A stretch of 64,000 nt of DNA from assembly GCA_043825985.1 (NCBI GenBank), contig JBDRRB010000062.1, positions 1,245 to 65,244 on the forward strand, in the 5' to 3' direction. The position numbers and the translations under genes are program-made. The notes below the pieces were generated by a model, which searched no databases, was not told the origin of the DNA, and saw nothing but the letters and a program-made list of their open reading frames with translations. Positions within the stretch are counted from its first letter, which is position 1, and the number at the start of each line of letters is the position of its first letter. Below, in pieces: positions 40,716-50,076 of this stretch. This stretch comes from a bacterium. Lineage in GTDB: Bacteria; Patescibacteriota; Patescibacteriia; SG8-24.

Positions 40716-42566
40716 CTACCCCAAGACTGCCTTGATCCTCCGCACTCCAGCCGAAGATGATTCCTCCTTCTTTATCCTGAAACCAACCAGCTCCCCGGTG
40801 TGCTCGACGTGCGGCCCGCCGCAGATCTCGACCGAGAAGTAGCCGTCTTCCGGCCGGCCGACGAAGTAGACCTTCACCTGGTCGCCCAGGGTGGCGTACT
40901 TGTCCTCAAATAGGCCGATCGCGCCGGCCGCCTTGGCCTCGGCCACGGTCATCATCTCGAAGTGCACCGGCAGGTCGGCGGTGATCGCCCCGTTGACGAT
41001 CCGCTCGACCTCGGCCTTCTGCTCGTCGGTCAGCTTCTCGCCGTGGGTGAAGTCGAACCGCAGCCGGTCCTGGGTGATGTTCGACCCCTTCTGCTCGACG
41101 TGCTCCCCCAGCACCTGCCGAAGCGCCCGGTGCAGCAGGTGGGTCGCCGTGTGCAGCCGCACCACTTCCTCGGAATGGTCGGCCAGTCCGCCGGCGAACT
41201 TCTGCTGGGCACCGCTGCGGGACAGTTCCTGATGGGCCTTGAATCGCTCCTCGAAGGCCGGCACGTCGACCGGCTTGCCCAACACCTCCTCGGTCAGCTC
41301 GCGCGGAAAGCCGAAAGTCTCGTACAGGTAGAAGGCCTCCTCGCCGGGAATCCGTTCGGCCGCCGCGTACTTCTCGCCCAGCTTCTGAGCCTGAACCAGC
41401 CCCTTCTCCAGGGCCTCGCCGAACTTCTTCTCCTCGGCGTCGAGTTCGGCCACGACACGCTGCTTGCGAGCGGCCAGGTCCGGATGCATCTCCTTGTAGA
41501 AGTCGACGATCGCCGCGCCCAGCCCTCCCAGGAAAGGCGTCTCCAGCCCCAACTGCCGCCCGTAGCGGAAGGCCCGCCGGATCAGCCGCCGGAGCACGTA
41601 GCCCTGATCCAAGTTGGAAGGCGTCACGCCGCGCTCGTCGCCCAGGATGAACACCGCCGCCCGCAGGTGATCGGCCACGATGCGCATCTGCCGGTCGGCT
41701 TCCTCCTCCTCGCCATAGTGCCGGTCGGTCCGCCACTCGATCTCGCCGATGACCGGCCGGAACAGGTCGGTCTCGAAGACGCTCCCCGCACTCTGCATGA
41801 TCATGGCCAACCGCTCGAACCCACCGCCGAAGTCGACGTTCTTCTGCTGCAGCGGCTCGAACTCCCCGGCCGCCGACTTGAAGTACTGCATGAAGACGTT
41901 ATTGCCGATCTCCAGGTAGCGTCCGCAGTCGCAGGACGGACGGCACATATATTCGCCAGACCAACCACCAAGATGTTTCTTCAGATCGCCCTCACCCACC
42001 GTATCGTAGTAGATCTCCGAGTCCGGACCACACGGCCCGGTTTGTCCGGCCGGACCCCACCAGTTCTCGTTCCGATCCAAGGCAAAAATGCGCCGCCCGA
42101 CTTCGGCTTCAATTCCGTGCGCAGCAAAGACCTTCTGCCAGATGGCGATCGCCTCCTCGTCTCGACCGACCGCCTCGTCGCCCTCAAACACGGTCGCATA
42201 AAGCCGATCGGCCGGCAGGCCCAACCCCTCTTCCTTGGAAGTAAGGAACTCGAAGGTCCAGCCGATCGCCTCCTCCTTGAAGTAGTCGCCGAGCGACCAG
42301 TTCCCGAGCATCTCGAAGAAGGTCAGGTGTCTGGCGTCGCCGATCTCGTCGATGTCCCCGGTCCGGATGCACTTCTGGAGGTTGACCAGACGCTTGCCCG
42401 CCGGATGGGTCTCGCCGAGCAGGTACGGCACCAGCGGATGCATGCCGGCCATGGTGAAGAGAGCCGTCGGATCGTTCTCCGGGATAAGCGAAGCCGACTG
42501 GATGACCGTATGGCCCCGCCGCCGAAAGAACTCGAGATAGCGCTGTCTGATTTCTGCTGACTTCAT
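40716..42566 (-). CDS. alaS: Alanine--tRNA ligase (short form without C-Ala)
   Basis: FTMAGM, HLTFFEMLGNWS, GPCGP, HTATHLL, EICGGPHV, GVRRI. Confidence 0.96.
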   Translation of the reverse strand: MKSAEIRQRYLEFFRRRGHTVIQSASLIPENDPTALFTMAGMHPLVPYLLGETHPAGKRLVNLQKCIRTGDIDEIGDARHLTFFEMLGNWSLGDYFKEEAIGWTFEFLTSKEEGLGLPADRLYATVFEGDEAVGRDEEAIAIWQKVFAAHGIEAEVGRRIFALDRNENWWGPAGQTGPCGPDSEIYYDTVGEGDLKKHLGGWSGEYMCRPSCDCGRYLEIGNNVFMQYFKSAAGEFEPLQQKNVDFGGGFERLAMIMQSAGSVFETDLFRPVIGEIEWRTDRHYGEEEEADRQMRIVADHLRAAVFILGDERGVTPSNLDQGYVLRRLIRRAFRYGRQLGLETPFLGGLGAAIVDFYKEMHPDLAARKQRVVAELDAEEKKFGEALEKGLVQAQKLGEKYAAAERIPGEEAFYLYETFGFPRELTEEVLGKPVDVPAFEERFKAHQELSRSGAQQKFAGGLADHSEEVVRLHTATHLLHRALRQVLGEHVEQKGSNITQDRLRFDFTHGEKLTDEQKAEVERIVNGAITADLPVHFEMMTVAEAKAAGAIGLFEDKYATLGDQVKVYFVGRPEDGYFSVEICGGPHVEHTGELVGFRIKKEESSSAGVRRIKAVLG

Positions 42567-42638
42567 GGAAGGAGTATCAGGGACGGACTAAGGACGGCCA
42601 ACCCGATGCGACTAGAAAAAATCCGAACCAAGCCGTCG

Positions 42639-43259
42639 CTATGAACATTCGCCGGACATGTCGCCCAGGCAGCGCCAGTTGGCCTCGGTCCCGTTCAGGA
42701 AGATCCTGTAGCTGGGGCTGTACTGTCGAACGGTGGCCTCGATCTGTTCCTTGATCCGCGGATCGGCGCAGGTGCCCGGCGAATTCGCCTGGCCGCTGAT
42801 CCATACTTCGGTCACCCCGCCGTTCTCCTGCACCTTGTCCAGCTTGAAGGTCGACTCCCACAGCGAGTTGAGCATCGTCTCGTAGGTCGAGTCACGGGCT
42901 GCCAGAAGCGTGTTGACGGCGTCGGCCACCACGCTGTCGGTGGCGGTCTCGCGCGACAGGCGGACATATCCGATCCGGTCCAGACAGCCGAAGGTCTCGT
43001 CGGCCAGACGCTCCACTCCCTGAGCCGGCGGCTCATGCCCCTCGGTCAGCACGACCGCCACCGGCAGCAGGTTGGCCAGCTGGTCCTCGTCACGCCGCAC
43101 TCGGGCCGCCTCGTCAGCGGACAGCTCCTGGGCCGACTGCAGGGCATTCAGTTCATTTTCGACCTGATCGAGCGGGGTCGGCTGGATCTTGGGGCTGCAT
43201 CCCCAGCCGGCCAAGAGCAGGACGGACAGGCTGACGGCGACTAAACTTTTGGTGTTCAT
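42639..43259 (-). CDS. Lipoprotein, GerMN-like
   Basis: Lipobox LAGWGC; C-terminal GTC..PRIKEQIEATVRQY...IFLNG. Confidence 0.7.
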   Translation of the reverse strand: MNTKSLVAVSLSVLLLAGWGCSPKIQPTPLDQVENELNALQSAQELSADEAARVRRDEDQLANLLPVAVVLTEGHEPPAQGVERLADETFGCLDRIGYVRLSRETATDSVVADAVNTLLAARDSTYETMLNSLWESTFKLDKVQENGGVTEVWISGQANSPGTCADPRIKEQIEATVRQYSPSYRIFLNGTEANWRCLGDMSGECS

Positions 43260-43339
43260 ATGCGAATCAAAAATGGCTTTTTATAGGTATTGGCCCTCAA
43301 ACCTTAGCCCAAACATTTGACTTCGACAACATTAACGAC

Positions 43340-43368
43340 AAAGGACCCCACCGAAGTGGGATCCTTTT
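43340..43368. terminator. Intrinsic terminator
   Basis: AAAGGA.CCCAC-CGAA-GTGGG.TCCTTTT. Confidence 0.7.
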
Positions 43369-43399
43369 AAAAAGGAGGGGGCAATCGAGCGGTGCGGTC

Positions 43400-43696
43400 C
43401 TACGACCGCCTGCCGCCCGGCTTCAGCCAATACATGACCGCCGCCACGATGAAGGCGACGGAGAGAATGCCTGTCGCCACCCCGAACGCCAAGAAATGGG
43501 CACTCTCCACGGAGTGCCGGTTCATGACGAACACGACCGCGGCTGCCGCACAGCAAACCGCTGAACCGAACAGGGCAAGCGGAAAATACTTGCTCTCCAG
43601 TCCCTCCCAGATAGGTCTTGTCGGCCGCAAGACCCACACAAAAATGGCCAAGGACAGAAGCAGGGCCGCCAGGGCCCAAGTTGGATTTATTTCCAT
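43400..43696 (-). CDS. Small three-TM hypothetical membrane protein
   Basis: GAGG RBS; upstream promoter TTGACA-16-TATGCT (43739-43766); downstream terminator. Confidence 0.7.
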   Translation of the reverse strand: MEINPTWALAALLLSLAIFVWVLRPTRPIWEGLESKYFPLALFGSAVCCAAAAVVFVMNRHSVESAHFLAFGVATGILSVAFIVAAVMYWLKPGGRRS

Positions 43697-43779
43697 CTCG
43701 ACCTCTTTCTGCCCAACCTGTTGCCAGCTGGACCGAGCAGCATAGCAAAAAAAAAGATTTTGTCAATGCTGCACGGCAA

Positions 43780-44880
43780 TCAGTTCTTTGTCCGCGCAAT
43801 CTTCCCGCCGCCCAGGCATTCCTCGCCGGAGTAGAAGACGACGAACTGACCCGGCGAGACGGCCCGCTGCGGTTCTGGGAACTGCACTTCAATTTGCCCG
43901 TCCTCCTGTCCGGCCGTGACCGTGCACTCCTGCAGCGGCTGCCTATGACGAATTCGCGCCCGACAACGCAGCGGCAGCTCCGGCACTTGGCCGGCCACCC
44001 AACGCAGGTCATCAGCAATCAGACCGTCGGCATACAGTTCGCTCGGGTCTTCGCCTTGGGCCACGATCAAAGTATTACGACCAACATCCTTCTCCACAAC
44101 AAAGTAGGCCCGACCGTCGCTCAAACCCAACCCGCGTCGCTGACCGATGGTATACGGACCGATGCCGCCGTGCCGACCGACCACCCGACCGTCGACGGTG
44201 ACGATCGGCCCGGGCCGTCCGTCCGGCAGCCGCTCCATCAGGAACCGCCGGAAGTCGACGTCGCCGACGAAGCACAGTCCGACGCTGTCCTTCTTCTCGG
44301 CCGTCGGCAGCCCGAGCTCCCGGGCCAGCTCTCGCACCTGCGGCTTGGCCAAGCCGCCGACCGGAAACTCGACGTGCGCCAGCTGTCCCTGACTCAGGCG
44401 ATGCAGGAAGTACGTCTGATCCTTGTTGCCGTCCTCGGCGGCCAGCAGCCTGATTCCCGCAGTCGAGCCACCGTCGAGCCGGGCGTAATGGCCGGTCGCC
44501 ACGGCATCGGCCCCGCCTTCGAGCGCACGGCGCAGGAACGGGCCGAACTTGACCTTCTCGTTGCACAGCACGTCCGGATTTGGAGTCCGGCCGGAGGCAT
44601 ACTCGTCGATCATGTAGCAGTACACGTCACGCCGGTAGTCGTCCTCGAAGTCCCAGGTCTCCAGTCCGATCCCCAGCCGATCGGCCACGGCCGCCGCATC
44701 CTCGCGCTCGTTGCGCCAGCCGCACTCGACCGATCCGTCAGTCGCACCGGTCCAGTTGCGCATGAACACGCCCCGCACGTCATGCCCGGCCCGGACCAAA
44801 AGCGCGGCGGCGACGCTCGAGTCGACACCGCCGGACATCCCGACCACGACCTTCTTTTTTACCGCAGATGCTTCGGCCAT
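43780..44880 (-). CDS. mnmA: tRNA 2-thiouridylase MnmA
   Basis: GMSGGVDSS, TPNPDVLCN, ATGHY, KDQTYFL, PGQ; start at MAEASA. Confidence 0.96.
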   Translation of the reverse strand: MAEASAVKKKVVVGMSGGVDSSVAAALLVRAGHDVRGVFMRNWTGATDGSVECGWRNEREDAAAVADRLGIGLETWDFEDDYRRDVYCYMIDEYASGRTPNPDVLCNEKVKFGPFLRRALEGGADAVATGHYARLDGGSTAGIRLLAAEDGNKDQTYFLHRLSQGQLAHVEFPVGGLAKPQVRELARELGLPTAEKKDSVGLCFVGDVDFRRFLMERLPDGRPGPIVTVDGRVVGRHGGIGPYTIGQRRGLGLSDGRAYFVVEKDVGRNTLIVAQGEDPSELYADGLIADDLRWVAGQVPELPLRCRARIRHRQPLQECTVTAGQEDGQIEVQFPEPQRAVSPGQFVVFYSGEECLGGGKIARTKN

Positions 44881-45030
44881 AGTCAGACAGGCTAGCACGG
44901 ACGGACGAACGCAACAAGGTGCGACCCGGCCGTCGCTCTCGGGCCGCAAACCAGCCCGCCGACCAAAAACCGCCGTGGACCGGATTCGATCGGCACACGA
45001 CGGTTTTGAAACCGTATCCATCCCAACGAT

Positions 45031-47106
45031 TCAGAACTTTACGGTCTGCCCGGGATCAAGCGGCTTGGGACCGGCGGACGAATCGTCGCGGTCCGGGTCA
45101 GGCTTCTTCAGTTCCGCCGCCGGAGCCTGCCCGGCCGGACGGCCTTTCTGGACGGAACTCGATCCGACATCGGAGGGGCCGCTCGCCTTCATCCTGCCGT
45201 CGTCCTCGGGCCGCTTCGTCTCCCGGCTGACGTTCGTGTCGCTGCCCGACGGCTTGAGCGCCGAGAGCGACAGGCCTTCCGGCTCCGACGCTCCAGACTC
45301 GTCGGCCTTGGCATTCGATGTGTCTGCGTCGCGTGCCGCCGACGGCCGCGGCTGAACCTTCACCATCGGACGGACGTCGCGCCGAGGTCCCCTCCCTCCG
45401 CCGGTCCGGGCAGACCTGTTTCCGCCGGACGGACGGGCTGCAGGACGACTCTCGGAGACGACAGGGGTCACGCTTGCCGACGGCTGGTTCTCGACCGACG
45501 TCGGTGCCGGCTTGGGCAGGACCTTGACCGGCAACGGCTTGCCGCGCATGTCCAAGTGATTCTTGCAGAACCACGGCTTGGTCCAGTCCGGCTCGAAGGT
45601 CAGGTGCTGCATCTCGCCGCAGACCGAGCAGGGTATCTCGAACTTGGCATCCTTTTTCTTCTTCGACTCCGACACCGGCGGCTCCTTGACCTTTGGCGAC
45701 GAATCCTGCAGTCGCTTCAGTTCCTCCAGACCGACACCGATCTCCTTGGCCGCGGACAGTATATCGTTCTCGGCGTCGTTCTCCTTGTCCTCGCCCGGCG
45801 CCAGTCCGCTCCAGCGCACGACCTTGTCCTCGATCGTGGCTTTGGGACGCGAGTATCTCTCGCGAGAGACACGGATAACCTTTTCGGTGCTGCCGGTGGA
45901 GTCGGCGACCGGAGGCAGGGTCGAAGCGGAAAACGGTTCCGAGGCCGCACCGTCGATCATCAGCTTCAGGTAGATGTCGTGCTTCCTGAGATTCACCAGG
46001 TCCTCCGGCGTGAAGGTCGGCATGAACTCCTGCTCCATGAAGGTGGCGTCCGCCGCACCGACCCGGAAGGTGATGATCGACCCGACGTTGCCGAAGATCG
46101 CCGCCCGGGTCACCTCGTCCATCTGCTCGATGTACTGGTGGGCGACCATCAGGTTCAGCCGGTACTTGCGGGCCTCGGACAGGATGCTGGCGAAGGACTC
46201 GTTGGCGAAGTTCTGAAACTCGTCGACGTACAGGTAGAAGTCCTGCCGGTCCTTCTCCGGCGTGTCCACGCGTTCCATGACCGTCATCTGCAGCTTGGTG
46301 ATGAGCATGCCGCCCAATAGACGCATGTTTTCCTCGCCGACCATGCCCTTGGACAGGTTGACCAGAAGTATCTTGCGCGTATCCATGATGTCCCTGAGGT
46401 CGATGGTCGACTTCACCTGGGCGACGACGTTGCGGATAATGCGCGACGACAGGAACTGGCCGACCTTGTTCTGCACCGGAGCGATCGCCTCGGTCCGATA
46501 CTTGTCCTGCCAGGACATGAACTCCTTGACCCAAAAAGTCTTGACCACCGGATCCTGGATGAGGGAAATGACCCGACGCCGATACTCGTCGTCCACCAAG
46601 ATGCGTGTAATCCCCAAAAGCGACGAGCCTGGAGCGTCCAGGAGCGCCAGGATGGTGTTCATCAGGATGTACTCCATGCGCGGCGACCAGACGTCCGGCC
46701 AGATCTTCTTGAACACGCCCATCAGTCCGGAGGCGATCAGGTGCTTCTGCCGGTCATCCTTTACCTCGAAGATGTTAAAGCCGATCGGATGGTCGACGTC
46801 GCTCGGGTTGAAATAAACCACGTCATTGATACGGCTGGCCGGTATGTAGTCGAGCATGGTCTGGGCCGTGTCGCCGTGCGGATCGATGTAGCACAGCCCG
46901 TGACCGGCATGAATATCGGACAGCACGAAATTCTCGATCAGCGTGGTCTTTCCCATGCCGGTCTTCCCGATGATGTAGATGTGCTTGCGGCGGTCGTCGG
47001 TCCGAATGCCGAACTTCCGTTCCTGATTTCGAAAGTTGGACTTGGCAAACACGGTCACCTCATTCTCGTGGTCGTGGTCGTAGGGCTGTACCGAAAAACC
47101 GGTCAT
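45031..47106 (-). CDS. VirB4/TraD/HerA-like ATPase with a C-terminal CxxC-x17-CxxH zinc-ribbon and a disordered tail
   Basis: GKTGMGKT, IDPHGD, YVDEFQNF, EARKY, AHQY; CSVC...CKNH. Confidence 0.88.
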   Translation of the reverse strand: MTGFSVQPYDHDHENEVTVFAKSNFRNQERKFGIRTDDRRKHIYIIGKTGMGKTTLIENFVLSDIHAGHGLCYIDPHGDTAQTMLDYIPASRINDVVYFNPSDVDHPIGFNIFEVKDDRQKHLIASGLMGVFKKIWPDVWSPRMEYILMNTILALLDAPGSSLLGITRILVDDEYRRRVISLIQDPVVKTFWVKEFMSWQDKYRTEAIAPVQNKVGQFLSSRIIRNVVAQVKSTIDLRDIMDTRKILLVNLSKGMVGEENMRLLGGMLITKLQMTVMERVDTPEKDRQDFYLYVDEFQNFANESFASILSEARKYRLNLMVAHQYIEQMDEVTRAAIFGNVGSIITFRVGAADATFMEQEFMPTFTPEDLVNLRKHDIYLKLMIDGAASEPFSASTLPPVADSTGSTEKVIRVSRERYSRPKATIEDKVVRWSGLAPGEDKENDAENDILSAAKEIGVGLEELKRLQDSSPKVKEPPVSESKKKKDAKFEIPCSVCGEMQHLTFEPDWTKPWFCKNHLDMRGKPLPVKVLPKPAPTSVENQPSASVTPVVSESRPAARPSGGNRSARTGGGRGPRRDVRPMVKVQPRPSAARDADTSNAKADESGASEPEGLSLSALKPSGSDTNVSRETKRPEDDGRMKASGPSDVGSSSVQKGRPAGQAPAAELKKPDPDRDDSSAGPKPLDPGQTVKF

Positions 47107-47126
47107 AGTTGTCCGAAAGGTTGATA

Positions 47127-48518
47127 CTAGGCGAGCGGCAGGTTGTCCGGCGGGGATCCGGCCGGACCGGAATCCGATTCCGACTCACGTCGGATCGGCT
47201 TAAAGAAGCTGTTCTCGTCTTCCCCCACTGTCGGCAGGCCGGCCGGCGGCTCGGCGCGCTTGGCGTCCGTCTTCTTGAGCAGCGGGGTCTTCTGGTCGCG
47301 CATCGGGAAGTGGTACAGAGTGGCCAGTTCCTCGGTATTGAGGACAAAAGCGGTCGCACCGGCACCGCTGCTACGGTTGCTGTAATTCCTGACCAGACGT
47401 GTCTTTCGATCCGGCTCCGACCAGCGCTGATAGAAATAGTCGCCTTTCGGGGTCACCTTTCCGTAGGGCTTCAGCTCATTCAGGTTGAGCGACGAGAACT
47501 GGGCAAAGGAACCCTTGACCGAAGTAAAGTGCTTCTTGGAAAAGATGTTCCGTCGTCCGGCGTAGACGATCCTGATCTTGGTGTCGAAACCGATCTTGGT
47601 CAGCTTCATCTGTGCCGCCTCGACCACCCCGCGCTCGCCGGGACTCATGGCCAGCATCTTGAGCGGTTCCTCCTTGCTGGCCGGAGCGGCCGACGGACCG
47701 GAAGTGAGCAGACTACCGAACTCCTTGACCACGCCCTTCGGCAGCCATAAGGCCTCGTCGATGACCGATTTTTTCGGCGGTGCCTTTCGGCCGAGCATCT
47801 TCTCGATCTCCTTGATTCCCTTGGCCCGCCATCCGCCGTCGTTCGGCTTGACCAGGAACTGTACCCAAAGCTGCTCACCGGTCTTAAGCGAGGCCATAAT
47901 CTCGAGCAGGGCGGAAATCGGATCCTTGAAGGGATACTCGGCCGAAGTGTGCTCGAACTGCGGATAGGTCCTGAGCGGCAGATGCGAAGGCTTCTTGAGC
48001 ACCAGCTCGGATCCGAATATGTCCCATTCCTGATCGGGATACCTGGACGGGATAGTGTGGGTGTAGTCGGCCACCTCGACTATCTCCGCGTCCGGATACT
48101 GCGCGTAGACGGCCGACTCGACCAGGTCACGGTACTTGGTCCAGGTATGGACCAAAAACTGGACATAGCCGTTGATGGAGACGATCTCGAAACTGAACGT
48201 CGGCTGAAACTTTCCAAGCCAGTACTTCTCGAACTTGTCCAGGCCGGAATAGGCGCCGGAAATCGTGCTGAAGATCTGCTCGACCGCCTTGACCGTCTGC
48301 TCGTTCTGCCGGGGCACATCGATGGCCAAGAGGCAAGTGGTGATGGTGGCCGCAAACTTGTTCTGACGCCACTGCACCCACAGCAGCCAGCCGCCCCTCA
48401 GCAGAACCAACAGCATCGGCAGCCAGCCGCCGTCAATAAAAAGCCGCAGCATCATCTGCGGAAACGACATGCTGCCCAGTTCGAAAAAATAACCGAAATT
48501 TACGCTGATGGCCGGCAT
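47127..48518 (-). CDS. Membrane-anchored hypothetical partner of the VirB4-like ATPase
   Basis: N-terminal TM, FSFEIVS, YAQYPDAEI, LNTEELATLYHFP; co-oriented, 20 bp gap; start uncertain. Confidence 0.75.
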   Translation of the reverse strand: MPAISVNFGYFFELGSMSFPQMMLRLFIDGGWLPMLLVLLRGGWLLWVQWRQNKFAATITTCLLAIDVPRQNEQTVKAVEQIFSTISGAYSGLDKFEKYWLGKFQPTFSFEIVSINGYVQFLVHTWTKYRDLVESAVYAQYPDAEIVEVADYTHTIPSRYPDQEWDIFGSELVLKKPSHLPLRTYPQFEHTSAEYPFKDPISALLEIMASLKTGEQLWVQFLVKPNDGGWRAKGIKEIEKMLGRKAPPKKSVIDEALWLPKGVVKEFGSLLTSGPSAAPASKEEPLKMLAMSPGERGVVEAAQMKLTKIGFDTKIRIVYAGRRNIFSKKHFTSVKGSFAQFSSLNLNELKPYGKVTPKGDYFYQRWSEPDRKTRLVRNYSNRSSGAGATAFVLNTEELATLYHFPMRDQKTPLLKKTDAKRAEPPAGLPTVGEDENSFFKPIRRESESDSGPAGSPPDNLPLA

Positions 48519-48736
48519 TGCTGGGTTGAGCAAAAAATTAATGGTACCGACCGAGTGGTACAGGAGCATGATAACACGGACCCCGTGCCTTGAAAAGAAA
48601 ATTGAGGCCAAGGAAGGACCGACGGACAAAATCGACGGAAAAGAAAAGCACGGACCGGTTTCGGACCGTGCGACGCTCGAGAAAGTGACGGCGAACAGAA
48701 ATCACATTTTGCCGCAGAATTGTCGATCCAGTTGTA

Positions 48737-48765
48737 TTGACAGAAACGCCGTGACTGCCTAACCT
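48737..48765 (+). promoter_or_regulatory. Sigma70 promoter
   Basis: TTGACA-17 bp-TAACCT followed by an AGGAGG RBS. Confidence 0.7.
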
Positions 48766-48785
48766 AACTCCTCGTAGGAGGAACG

Positions 48786-49088
48786 ATGAACCCAACTGCT
48801 GACCACCGAAACAGGTGGTGGCTCGAGTTCAGGGCCTGGCTCTCATCCTGTACCCTGACCTTCGGACAGAGCGTCATCCTGGAAATTGACGCCGAACAGG
48901 GTGACGGTCCGTGCGGCTACCGCACCACGCCAGTCAAGGAGAAAGAAGTCGTCACGACGACCGTTAGGGCCGAAGAGGACGGCTCCGGCCTAAAGAGATC
49001 GATGACCTCGTTTCTGCGCTGGACGATGGTCATCCTGTCGATCGCAGCCATACCCCTGATCGTCTTTATCTTCCTGATCCATCGCTGA
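48786..49088 (+). CDS. Small hypothetical protein with a C-terminal TM anchor
   Basis: Own promoter, RBS and terminator; hydrophobic C-terminus. Confidence 0.7.
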   Translation: MNPTADHRNRWWLEFRAWLSSCTLTFGQSVILEIDAEQGDGPCGYRTTPVKEKEVVTTTVRAEEDGSGLKRSMTSFLRWTMVILSIAAIPLIVFIFLIHR

Positions 49089-49125
49089 CAACCGAGACCG
49101 ATCCGGCCGAAAGACGTCTCAAATC

Positions 49126-49160
49126 AAAAAACCCGCCTCGACTGAGGCGGATTCTTTTTT
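49126..49160. terminator. Bidirectional terminator
   Basis: A6-CCCGCCTC / GAGGCGG followed by a T-rich tail. Confidence 0.75.
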
Positions 49161-49169
49161 CTGTCGCGT

Positions 49170-50063
49170 TCAGTTCCTGGACCGTTTCTGGAACACGACC
49201 AGCAGCGGCGAGGCCAGGAAGATCGAGGAGTAGGTTCCGGCAACCAGTCCGATGATCAGCGCCAGGGCGAACCAGCGTAGGCTCTCCCCTCCCCAGACGT
49301 AGATGGCGACGAGCGGCAGGAGGGTGGTCAGGGTGGTGTTGATCGAACGGGCCAACGTCTCGTTGACGCTACGCTCGACGATCTCCTCGAACGTGCCATG
49401 ACCCTTGAGCAGGTTCTCGCGCACCCGATCGAAGACGACGATGGTATCGTGGACCGAGAAGCCCAGCACGGTCAGCATGGCGGCGACGAAGGCCGAATTG
49501 ATCTCGACCATCATCACCCGACCGAGCACGGCGAATACGCCGAGCGGGATCAGGACGTCGTGGAACAGCGCGGCGATGAGCGTGGTGATGCCGTACTTCC
49601 AGGACGCGACCGGCCGCGAGACCTTGCGGAAGGCGTAGGCGACGTAGGAGGCGATGCCCAGCAGGACCAGCGACAGCGACCAGACCGCCTTGTTGCTCAT
49701 TTCCGAACCGATGGACGGACCGATCGACTCGAAGCGAAGCTCCTCCAGTCCGGGATAGCTCTCCTGCAGGCCGGACACCAGGGCCTGATGGGGCTCCTCG
49801 TCCATGCCCGGCAGCCTGATCAGCATCTTGTCTTCGCCCAACGGCTGAACCGACACGTCGGTATAGCCGCTCTCCGCCAGACGTTCGTTCATCTCCTGGA
49901 CTATCGGCCGCTCGGCGGCGAACCGCAGCTCCATCAGCGCTCCCCCGGTGAAGTCGATGCCCAGGCGGAGCGGAAACATCACCAGTGCGGCGACACTCGC
50001 GACCACCAGCAGGCCGGAGAAGATGAACCAGACCTTACGGTACTTGATGATTGGGTAAGTCAT
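49170..50063 (-). CDS. secF: Protein translocase subunit SecF
   Basis: GIDFTGG, IGPSIG, GFSVHDTIVVFDRVRE, RSINT, GTYSSIF. Confidence 0.96.
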   Translation of the reverse strand: MTYPIIKYRKVWFIFSGLLVVASVAALVMFPLRLGIDFTGGALMELRFAAERPIVQEMNERLAESGYTDVSVQPLGEDKMLIRLPGMDEEPHQALVSGLQESYPGLEELRFESIGPSIGSEMSNKAVWSLSLVLLGIASYVAYAFRKVSRPVASWKYGITTLIAALFHDVLIPLGVFAVLGRVMMVEINSAFVAAMLTVLGFSVHDTIVVFDRVRENLLKGHGTFEEIVERSVNETLARSINTTLTTLLPLVAIYVWGGESLRWFALALIIGLVAGTYSSIFLASPLLVVFQKRSRN

Positions 50064-50076
50064 AGTCTTGCGGCCC

